Shown: in pieces, positions 35,293-43,244 of the stretch
How the letters are laid out: every line of letters starts with the position of its first letter
How positions within the stretch are numbered: position 1 is the first letter of the stretch
Origin: an uncultured Thermoplasmata archaeon
Lineage (GTDB): Archaea > Thermoplasmatota > Thermoplasmata > RBG-16-68-12
Reading direction: 5' to 3'
Length of the DNA stretch: 64,000 nucleotides
Assembly: GCA_963768855.1 (NCBI GenBank)
Contig: CAVYJM010000006.1
Span: 800,001-864,000, forward strand
Program-made: the position numbers and the translations under genes
The notes under the pieces: generated by a model
What the model was told of the DNA's origin: nothing
Database searches by the model: none
The model's input: the letters and a program-made list of their open reading frames with translations, nothing else

Positions 35293-36954
35293 ATGGCGAC
35301 CCCTGCGTCCGATGTGTCTCCCGAGCCTGCCCGTGCGCCGACACCGCCGCCGGCGCCCCGGCGTCGCCCGTGGAAGTTGATTGCGGTCATCGTGGTGGTG
35401 ATCGTAGCCCTATCCGCCATCGCGGTCTATGTGGTCCTGTACAGCCCCAAGCCCGCAAGTGTGGTGGTCTACGACACGAACTCGGAGATGGTCACGTTGG
35501 ACCCGAGTTCGGAGTTCTCGAACTCGATCCTGATCCTGCCGAACGTGTATGAGACGCTGACCCACTGGAATCCGGCAACGAATTCCGCGGATCCGCTTCT
35601 CGCTTTGAGCTGGAACCATGCCTCAGACGGCATGACGTGGAATTTCACGCTCCGTCAGGGCGTCACCTTCCACGATGGCACCCCGTTCAACGCGACCGCG
35701 GTGAAGTACTCCCTCCTGCGCACGATTGGCTTCGCGCAGGGGGCGGCCTACATCTGGAGCGCACTCGGCGACTTGACGCAGGCTGAACAGAACATCGAAC
35801 TGACGGGGACCTACGCAGTCGAGTTCCACCTGCTCTACCCCGCGGCGATGGACAAGATCGCCTCCTCCGGATACGGAGCGTACATCTTCTCACCGAACAC
35901 GCCGGGCGCGAACTACACGCTCCAGCAAGCCTGGTTCAATGCGGGGCATGACTCGGGATCGGGCCCGTACTCGATCAACACGGCCCAGTACACGAGCACG
36001 TACTCGGTCCTGGACAAGTACGCCAACTACTGGGGCGGCTGGCAGGCCGGTCAGTTTGACCACGCCATCATCAAGCGCGTCGCCGATGCCATCCAACGCG
36101 AAAAGGATGTGACGAGCGGGGCGGCTGACATTACCGAGGACGTGCCCCTGAGCGATCTTCCGACCCTCCAGAACAACTCGGCCGTGAGCGTCCTGGAGAC
36201 CCCGAGCTATCGCGCCCTCTACGCCTTCTTCAACATGCAGAAGGATCCGACAAGCAACCTGTCCTTCCGCTTGGCACTTGCGTACTCGCTTCCGTACGAT
36301 TACGTGGCCGGGACCGTCACCGAAGGCCTGGGAACACAGTCGGTCGGAGTGATCCCCGCCACGATGTGGGGGCATGACAGCACCCTGCCCCACTACAGCT
36401 TCAACATGGCCCAGGCCGCGCAGTACCTCGCCCAGTCCCCCCACCCGACGGGCCACGTCACGCTGACGTACACCTATGTGACCGGAGACCCGTACGAGCA
36501 GAAGATGGCCGAGGCCTGGAAGACGCAGCTCGCGACTCTGAACATCACGCTGAACCTTCAGCCCATGGAATGGACGGCGCAGTGGGCGCTGGCGCAGGGG
36601 CCCCCATCCGCGGCGCAGGACATCTTCGTGATGTACTGGTGGCCCACGTACGTGACCCCGTACGACTTCCTGTTCAACATGTTCAGCTACGCCAGCTACC
36701 AGGTCTACAACCTCGGCTACTACAACAACTCCGCGTTCGACGACTCGATCAACACAGCCTTCACGGAGGAAGCCACGAGTCCGTCGACGGCGCTGCAAGA
36801 CTACCGGACGGCTCAGCTGATGCTGTACACCGACCTGCCGGGGATGGGAGTCGTGGACCTGAAGAACCTCTACCTTGAACGGGCGAACCTGAAGGGCTTC
36901 ACGGACAATCCGGCGTATCCGCTGGTGGTCTTCTTCTACCAGCTGTCGCGCTAG
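35293..36954 (+). CDS. Family 5 (Dpp/Opp/Nik) ABC substrate-binding protein with N-terminal TM anchor
   Basis: LDPS, NVYETL, PLLALSW, FTLRQGVTFHDGTPFNA.AVKYS, GSGPY. Confidence 0.9.
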   Translation: MATPASDVSPEPARAPTPPPAPRRRPWKLIAVIVVVIVALSAIAVYVVLYSPKPASVVVYDTNSEMVTLDPSSEFSNSILILPNVYETLTHWNPATNSADPLLALSWNHASDGMTWNFTLRQGVTFHDGTPFNATAVKYSLLRTIGFAQGAAYIWSALGDLTQAEQNIELTGTYAVEFHLLYPAAMDKIASSGYGAYIFSPNTPGANYTLQQAWFNAGHDSGSGPYSINTAQYTSTYSVLDKYANYWGGWQAGQFDHAIIKRVADAIQREKDVTSGAADITEDVPLSDLPTLQNNSAVSVLETPSYRALYAFFNMQKDPTSNLSFRLALAYSLPYDYVAGTVTEGLGTQSVGVIPATMWGHDSTLPHYSFNMAQAAQYLAQSPHPTGHVTLTYTYVTGDPYEQKMAEAWKTQLATLNITLNLQPMEWTAQWALAQGPPSAAQDIFVMYWWPTYVTPYDFLFNMFSYASYQVYNLGYYNNSAFDDSINTAFTEEATSPSTALQDYRTAQLMLYTDLPGMGVVDLKNLYLERANLKGFTDNPAYPLVVFFYQLSR

Positions 36955-36958
36955 CGGC

Positions 36959-36976
36959 GCGGGCCTTCGGGCCCGC
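36959..36976 (+). promoter_or_regulatory. Seven-bp hairpin with cUUCGg tetraloop between SBP and permease genes
   Basis: gcgggcc-ttcg-ggcccgc, immediately followed by the AGGAGGAGG SD. Confidence 0.6.
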
Positions 36977-36989
36977 CAGGAGGAGGACG

Positions 36990-38063
36990 GTGGTCGAGGG
37001 GGCCCGGACGTCCGGCACCGCAGGGGGAGCGTTCCTCCGGTTCCTGATACGCCGAGCGATCCTCGCCCTCGTGGTGGTCCTCGGGGTCATCGTGATCACC
37101 TTCTTCCTGTCCCGAGTCGTGCCCGCGAACGTCGCAGGTCTTTGGGCCGGAGGCACGCATGCGACGGCCGCGGAGTTGGCCCAAGCCCGCACTGAACTCC
37201 ACCTCGATGACTCCCTTCCGGTCCAGTTCTGGTATTACCTCTCCGGGCTCGTACAAGGCAATCTGGGCACGGACCTGGTCACGAAGCACCCGGTCAGCCA
37301 AGATATCGCCGCCTACCTACCCGCAACGCTGGAGCTCATTTCATCCGCTATCCTCTTAGCCCTCCTCATTGGAATCCCTCTCGGGGTGTTTGCAGGGGTC
37401 AAGCGAGGCCGGTGGCCCGACCACCTGACCCGGTTCCTTGCCGTTGGGGGGGTGGCTCTTCCATCCTTCTGGTTCGCTATCGTGTTACAAGTGATCTTCG
37501 TTGAAGGACTCCACGTCCTTCCGTCGAGCGGTCGGTTCACCGACTCGCTGGCCATTACCTCGCCGATCCGGACCATTACCGGCTTCATGACGATCGATTC
37601 GTTGCTGCAGGCGAACCTGCCGCGCTTTGTCGATGCGATCGGGCACTTGATTCTGCCCTCGCTCACCCTCGCGCTGTATCCCATCGGGCTGGTTGCCCGG
37701 ATGGTCCGCACGATGATGGTCGAGGTGCTCGGCGAGAACTACATCCGGACGGCGAAGGCTTACGGCTTGCCGGCCCGCCTCATCCACTACCGCTACGCGT
37801 TGAAGAACGCGATTTCACCCGCCATCGTGGCCGTGGGCTTGTCGTTCGCCTACGAGCTGACGGGAGCCTTCCTCGTGGAGAACATTTTCTCGTGGAACGG
37901 GATTGGCCAGTATGCGTTCCTTGCCGTGGAGAACTTCGACTATCCCGCGGTCGTGGGTACTGCGATCGTGGTCGCAATCTTCTACGTCATCGTGAACTTG
38001 GTCGTCGACATGATCCAATCGTTCCTGGATCCACGAGTGGTCCTGACGAAGTCGGAGGGCTGA
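36990..38063 (+). CDS. Peptide/nickel ABC permease (DppB-like)
   Basis: FLIRR, LDDSLPVQF, PATLEL, ENYIRTAKAYGL (EAA loop), VENIFSWNGIG. Confidence 0.9.
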   Translation: MVEGARTSGTAGGAFLRFLIRRAILALVVVLGVIVITFFLSRVVPANVAGLWAGGTHATAAELAQARTELHLDDSLPVQFWYYLSGLVQGNLGTDLVTKHPVSQDIAAYLPATLELISSAILLALLIGIPLGVFAGVKRGRWPDHLTRFLAVGGVALPSFWFAIVLQVIFVEGLHVLPSSGRFTDSLAITSPIRTITGFMTIDSLLQANLPRFVDAIGHLILPSLTLALYPIGLVARMVRTMMVEVLGENYIRTAKAYGLPARLIHYRYALKNAISPAIVAVGLSFAYELTGAFLVENIFSWNGIGQYAFLAVENFDYPAVVGTAIVVAIFYVIVNLVVDMIQSFLDPRVVLTKSEG

Positions 38064-38066
38064 GCG

Positions 38067-39023
38067 ATGGCCGCGGAGTCGCCGCTTCATTCAGGTGCCG
38101 ACGCGTTCTCTCCGGCACTCCGTCGAACTGTCGACGCAGCCCTCGCGGGAATCCGCTCCCTGTGGCGGATTGTGAGGAGGGATCCGCTAGCGCTCGTCGG
38201 ACTGGCAATCCTGACGGTTTTCGTGGTGGCCTCACTTCTGGCCGGGTTCCTTCCCTCTCTGATACCTTACTCGGCGCAAGGGCAGGGCGCTGTGAACCTG
38301 AACTCCGCGGACAAGTTGCTTGCCCCAAGTGGGACGCACTGGCTCGGCACAGATGAAGCCGGCAGAGACCTCTTCGCACGACTCTGGTTCGGCGCGGGTC
38401 TCGCCCTTTGGGTGGGGCTCGCCACGGTCCTGATCTCCTTCCCCGTGGGAGTGCTCCTCGGCGTGGTCGCGGGCTATATGCGGGGCGCCGTCGAGGAGGT
38501 GATCATGCGGGTCACCGACATGTTCCTCGCGTTCCCGACGATTCTGCTCGCCATCGTCATCGCCGCGACCCTGAACCGCGGAACGACCGCGGAGATCATC
38601 GCGATGGCCGTCAGCTTCTGGCCCTGGTACACCCGCCTCGTGCATTCGCAGGTCCAACACGTGCGGTCCCAGCCATTCGTCGAATCCGCAGTGGTCCTCG
38701 GGCTCCCGCGCCGCCGGATCATCCTTCGCCATCTCCTCCCGAACTCACTGACGTCGGCCTCGATCCAGGCGACGATGGACATCGGGTCCGCCATCCTGAT
38801 TGCCGCCGCTCTGAGCTGGATTGGACTCGGTCCACAGCCCGGCGCGCCTGACTGGGGCGTCATGCTCCAGTCCGCTTACTCGGAGGGAAGCTTCATCACC
38901 TTCTGGTGGTACTCGACCTTTGTCGGGCTCGCCCTCTTTCTCGTTGTACTCGCGTTCAACCTTTTGGGCGACAGCTTCCGCGACGCGCTCGATCCCAAGC
39001 TCCGCAGGAGGCGCATGTTCTGA
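38067..39023 (+). CDS. Peptide/nickel ABC permease (DppC-like)
   Basis: HWLGTDEAGRD, MRVTDMFLAFP, PFVESA..LG, RHLLPN, FNLLGDSFRDALDP. Confidence 0.9.
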   Translation: MAAESPLHSGADAFSPALRRTVDAALAGIRSLWRIVRRDPLALVGLAILTVFVVASLLAGFLPSLIPYSAQGQGAVNLNSADKLLAPSGTHWLGTDEAGRDLFARLWFGAGLALWVGLATVLISFPVGVLLGVVAGYMRGAVEEVIMRVTDMFLAFPTILLAIVIAATLNRGTTAEIIAMAVSFWPWYTRLVHSQVQHVRSQPFVESAVVLGLPRRRIILRHLLPNSLTSASIQATMDIGSAILIAAALSWIGLGPQPGAPDWGVMLQSAYSEGSFITFWWYSTFVGLALFLVVLAFNLLGDSFRDALDPKLRRRRMF

Positions 39024-39994
39024 ACGCCCTGCTTGACGTGAAGGATCTCAGCTTGGATTTCGAGACGGAGATGGGAACCGCCAAGGTACTCGATCGCGTG
39101 ACCTTCTCCATCGGGGAAGGAGAGGTCTTCGGGCTCGTCGGCGAGACGGGCTGTGGCAAGACGGTCACCGCGCTCACGGTTCTACGACTTCTCCCGTCCA
39201 ATGCCCGGATCCGGACCGGCACGGTGAAGTTCCTGGGAGAGGAGTTGCTCTCCAAGACCGACGCCGAGATGGAGCAACTCCGCGGCTCGAAGATCTCCAT
39301 GGTGTTCCAGGATCCCGCGACGAGTCTCAACCCGGTGTTCAGCGTGGGCGAGCAGGTCACCCGGGTCGTAAGGATTCACGAGGACGTCGAGAAGGACGTC
39401 GCGGAGAAGCGGGCGCTCGGCCTGTTCAAGCGGGTGGGTCTTCCCGACCCTGAAAACGTCCTCCACAGTTACCCGCACGAACTCAGCGGCGGGATGCAGC
39501 AGCGCGTCATGATCTCGATGGCCCTTGCGTGCCGTCCGAAACTATTGATCGCAGATGAGCCGACCACCGCCGTGGACGTGACCATTCAAGCTCAGATCCT
39601 CGACTTGCTGCTCGAGCTTCAACGGGAGTTCCGGCTCTCGGTTCTCTTGATCACCCACAATCTGGGGATAGTCGCAGAGACCTGTCAACGGGTCGGCGTA
39701 ATGTACGCGGGGACGCTCGCGGAGGTCGCCGCGACGAAGGATCTGTTCCGTGAGCCTCTGCATCCATACACCCAGCGGCTCCTCAAGTCGCTCCCGCGGC
39801 CCGATGCCCGAGGCGAGCCCCTCGCCTCAATCCCGGGCACCGTGCCGAGCCTGATCAACCCTCCGTCCGGCTGCCGATACCACCCGCGTTGCGAGTTCGC
39901 GATGAAAAGCTGCTCCGTCCGGAGACCCGCGATCCTCGAGCACCGCCCGAACCATCGCGCTGCCTGTCTCCTGTATGAGGGGGTGAAGGAGTGA
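39020..39994 (+). CDS. Peptide ABC ATPase (DppD-like); probable CTG start
   Basis: [29 protein letters not shown]-terminal GCRYHPRC; AGGAGG lies 8 nt before CTG 39020. Confidence 0.88.
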   Translation: MNALLDVKDLSLDFETEMGTAKVLDRVTFSIGEGEVFGLVGETGCGKTVTALTVLRLLPSNARIRTGTVKFLGEELLSKTDAEMEQLRGSKISMVFQDPATSLNPVFSVGEQVTRVVRIHEDVEKDVAEKRALGLFKRVGLPDPENVLHSYPHELSGGMQQRVMISMALACRPKLLIADEPTTAVDVTIQAQILDLLLELQREFRLSVLLITHNLGIVAETCQRVGVMYAGTLAEVAATKDLFREPLHPYTQRLLKSLPRPDARGEPLASIPGTVPSLINPPSGCRYHPRCEFAMKSCSVRRPAILEHRPNHRAACLLYEGVKE

Positions 39995-40980
39995 GTCTCG
40001 TGCGCGTCGAAGGCCTTCAGAAGCTCTTCCCTGTGCGGATTGGTTTTGCGGGTCAGGCGCGGGTCCACGCCGTCGACGGGGTCGACCTCGAAATCGAGGA
40101 AGGCGAGACCTTCGGGCTCGTGGGCGAGAGCGGCTCCGGCAAGAGCACCCTGGGGCGCTGCATCCTGCGGCTCGTCAATCCGACCGCCGGACGCATCTGG
40201 TTCGAGGAGCTGGACCTGACCGCGCTGCGCGGAGAATCCCTGAGGAAGACACGCCTCCGGTTGCAGATTGTCTTCCAGAACCCGATGGCCTCCCTCGACC
40301 CGAGGATGCGGGTCGGACAGACGATCGCCGAACCGCTGCGCGTGCATCGTGGGGCGAGTCCCTCTGAGGCGCGGGTGAAGGTCGAGGAGCTCCTTCGTCG
40401 TGTGGGCCTACACTCCGAAGTCGCGGGTAAGTACCCGCACGAGCTGAGCGGGGGCCAGTGCCAGCGCATCGCGGTGGCGCGGGCTCTCGCGCTCGAACCG
40501 AAGTTCATCGTCCTCGACGAACCGACCTCCTCCCTCGATGTCTCCGTGCAAGCCCAGATCGTGAACCTCCTCAAGGAGTTGCAGCGGGACCTCGGGCTGA
40601 CCTACCTCTTCATCACGCATGATCTTGCCCTCGTGGGCTACCTCGCAGACCGCGTGGGTGTGATGTATCTTGGGAAGCTCGTCGAAGTCGGAGGAGCGGT
40701 CGACGTCCTGCAGCACGGGCAGCATCCGTACACCCTCGCCCTGCGGAACGCGGTCCCCCTGCCGGATCCTGAGCGGGAACGGAAGCACATCCCTCTGAAG
40801 GGCGAGATTCCGTCTGCGCTCGAGCCGCCCTCCGGTTGCCGTTTCCGCACCCGGTGTCCGTGGGCCCAGAAACGGTGCGCGGACGAGGAGCCGCCCCTCC
40901 GCGAGGTCGGCCCGACCCGCGTGGCGTGTCACTTCGTTGAAGAGATTCAGACGCAATTGGGGAAGGGGAGTGCGACATGA
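39991..40980 (+). CDS. Peptide ABC ATPase (DppF-like)
   Basis: [36 protein letters not shown]; GTGA overlap. Confidence 0.9.
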   Translation: MSLVRVEGLQKLFPVRIGFAGQARVHAVDGVDLEIEEGETFGLVGESGSGKSTLGRCILRLVNPTAGRIWFEELDLTALRGESLRKTRLRLQIVFQNPMASLDPRMRVGQTIAEPLRVHRGASPSEARVKVEELLRRVGLHSEVAGKYPHELSGGQCQRIAVARALALEPKFIVLDEPTSSLDVSVQAQIVNLLKELQRDLGLTYLFITHDLALVGYLADRVGVMYLGKLVEVGGAVDVLQHGQHPYTLALRNAVPLPDPERERKHIPLKGEIPSALEPPSGCRFRTRCPWAQKRCADEEPPLREVGPTRVACHFVEEIQTQLGKGSAT

Positions 40981-42086
40981 GGACTTTGGACTTGGAGAAC
41001 TTGCAGGACATCTTGGTGGGCGCGGCGTTCCTCGGAACGGGCGGCGGAGGATCGCTGGATAGGGGCATCCAGACCGTGTCGGCGGACCTGAAGGCGGGTC
41101 GCTCGATCCGTCTTGCCGACCCCGACGAACTGGCATCCGAGACCTGGGCGTGCACGCCCTACTACTGCGGGAGCCTCGCTCCGACCGGAAAGACCGCGTT
41201 CAAGACGAAGGACACTCCCTACGACGGGACAGAGTGCCTCCTCGCCGCGAAGGCCCTCGAGCGCCACCTGGGCGTCAGCTTCGGCACGACCGTGGCCACC
41301 GAGCTGGGCGGCGGCAACACCGCGGCCGCGCTCTCCGTCGCCGCGCAACTGGGCCTCCCGGCGCTCGACGCGGACGGAGCGGGACGATCCGTCCCGGACC
41401 TCCAGCACTCCACGTACTTCGTTGCCGGCATTCCGATCGCGCCGATGGGCGTGGCGAACAAGTACGGGGACGAGGTCGTCGTCCAGCATGTCGCGGACGA
41501 CTTCCACGCGGAGGCCCTCGTCCGGGCCATGGCGGTCGCCAGCGGCGGACACGTCGGCGTGGCGGACCATCCGGGACGCGTCGGGGATCTGCGGAAGGGG
41601 CTCGTCCTGCGGTCCATCTCGTTCTCGGAGAAGGTGGGCCACGCGATCCGCCGCAAGGGAGGCGACGCGATCGACGCGATCCTCGCGGCCACGGACGGGT
41701 ACCTCCTGTTCCGGGGCGTCGCCCCCTCGAACTGCAAGTACGAGGATAAGGAGGGCTTCACCTTCGGGACCATCGACGTCCGCGGGACGGACGAGGACCG
41801 CGGCGCGCGATATCGCATCTGGTTCAAGAACGAGAACATCATGGCATGGCGGAACGGAAAGGTGGACGTGACGGCCCCCGACCTCGTGTGCCTCCTGGAC
41901 CTGGATCGGCGCGAGCCGATCCTGAACCCCTGGGTGAAGAAGGGCCAGAGGATCGCCGCCTTTGGGCTGCCCGCGCCCGCGATCTGGCGCACCCCGCGCG
42001 GGGTGGAGGGCTTCGGCCCCGGCTACTTCGGCTACAAGACGAAGTTCGTTCCAATCGAGAAGAAGCACAGGAAAGGACGGCGGTGA
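40977..42086 (+). CDS. DUF917 family protein
   Basis: GAAFLGTGGGG, ELGGGN, DADGAGRSVPDLQ, FKNENI, APDLVCLLD; ATGA overlap. Confidence 0.85.
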   Translation: MRTLDLENLQDILVGAAFLGTGGGGSLDRGIQTVSADLKAGRSIRLADPDELASETWACTPYYCGSLAPTGKTAFKTKDTPYDGTECLLAAKALERHLGVSFGTTVATELGGGNTAAALSVAAQLGLPALDADGAGRSVPDLQHSTYFVAGIPIAPMGVANKYGDEVVVQHVADDFHAEALVRAMAVASGGHVGVADHPGRVGDLRKGLVLRSISFSEKVGHAIRRKGGDAIDAILAATDGYLLFRGVAPSNCKYEDKEGFTFGTIDVRGTDEDRGARYRIWFKNENIMAWRNGKVDVTAPDLVCLLDLDRREPILNPWVKKGQRIAAFGLPAPAIWRTPRGVEGFGPGYFGYKTKFVPIEKKHRKGRR

Positions 42087-43114
42087 AGATGACGGACATC
42101 CGGAGGGCCGCGACGGTCCTCGCGCGGGACATGCTGAAGGTCAAGAAGGGCGAGACGGTCATCGTCTACGGGGACCCCGCCACGGACCCGAGCGTCGTCC
42201 GGGCGACGGTCGACGCGGTCGAGGCCCGCGGCGGCGTGCCCCTCGAGGCGTGGTATCGGATCAAGGGTCCGCCCGGCACGGAGCCCCCCGCCCCGTTCGC
42301 GGAGGCGATGCGGAAGGCGGACGTCCTCGTGGAGTTCGCGCGAACCTACCTCATCACGACGCGAGCGTTCCAGCGTGCGATGGACGCCGGAGCGAGGGCG
42401 ATGTGCCTGACGGGCATGGACGCGGACATGATGGTCCGCTGCATCGGGAACGTCTCCCTGCCCGCCCTGAAGGCGTTCGGCGGGACGCTCCAGAAGATGA
42501 CCCAGCGCGCGAAGAAGGCCCACGTCACATCGCCCGGAGGGACGGACCTGTGTTTCGACCTCGGGAAGCGACCGATCATCCTCGACACGGGGGAGTGCGT
42601 TACGCCCGGGCGGGACTCCTACCTCGGCGGCCAGATTTCCTGGGCCGCGGTCGAGGGGTCGATCGAAGGCAGTCTCGTCCTCGACGGGACCGTCTGGCCT
42701 CCCGATCCGCTCGCTCCCCTGCGGGAGCCGATTCGGCTCGAGCTGGATCGCGGTCGGATCGCGTCGATAGGCGGGGGCGAGGCCGCGAAGATCCTGCGGG
42801 ACTGGATCGAGCACTTCCGCGACCGCAAGATGTACAACGTGGCCCACTTCTGCTTCGGGTTCAATCCGGGCGCGAGCATCTCTGGGAAGATCCTGGAGGA
42901 CGAGCGCGCGTTCGGTGTCTTCGTGACCGGGTTCGGTTCCCAGATGGCGTCCTTCAAGGGTGGGTTCACCCTCGCGAAGAGCCACATCGACGGGGTGACG
43001 AGACGCCCGACGATCACCTTCGACGGGGAGACGATTCAGCGCGATGGTGCGTTCGTGCACCCGAAACTCGTTCCTCTCGAAAAGCGCCTCCTGGCCGAAC
43101 GGCCACCTGACTGA
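42083..43114 (+). CDS. M29-fold protein with NicX-type His/His/Asp metal site
   Basis: VKKGETV, AHVTSPGGTDL, LRDWIEHFRD..MYNVAHFCFG.NP, EDERAFG, SHID; GTGA overlap (ATG 42089 alternative). Confidence 0.75.
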   Translation: MKMTDIRRAATVLARDMLKVKKGETVIVYGDPATDPSVVRATVDAVEARGGVPLEAWYRIKGPPGTEPPAPFAEAMRKADVLVEFARTYLITTRAFQRAMDAGARAMCLTGMDADMMVRCIGNVSLPALKAFGGTLQKMTQRAKKAHVTSPGGTDLCFDLGKRPIILDTGECVTPGRDSYLGGQISWAAVEGSIEGSLVLDGTVWPPDPLAPLREPIRLELDRGRIASIGGGEAAKILRDWIEHFRDRKMYNVAHFCFGFNPGASISGKILEDERAFGVFVTGFGSQMASFKGGFTLAKSHIDGVTRRPTITFDGETIQRDGAFVHPKLVPLEKRLLAERPPD

Positions 43115-43244
43115 GGGGCGCCGCAGGTCTAGAGTCGGTCGTGGTCTTCGCGCGCCGGCAACGGCCGACCTCAAAGATGGCCCCTGGGTAATGGCGTAAG
43201 TTATATCCCCGCGCATCCGGATGGGGAGGCATCCGAGGGGTGCT

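Noticed and set aside
33695-43114. Genomic island integrated at tRNA-Pro
   Set aside because: No integrase and no duplicate of the tRNA 3' end seen. A few rarer codons (CTA, TTA) occur in the ABC genes, but spot GC counts resembled another membrane-protein gene in the window
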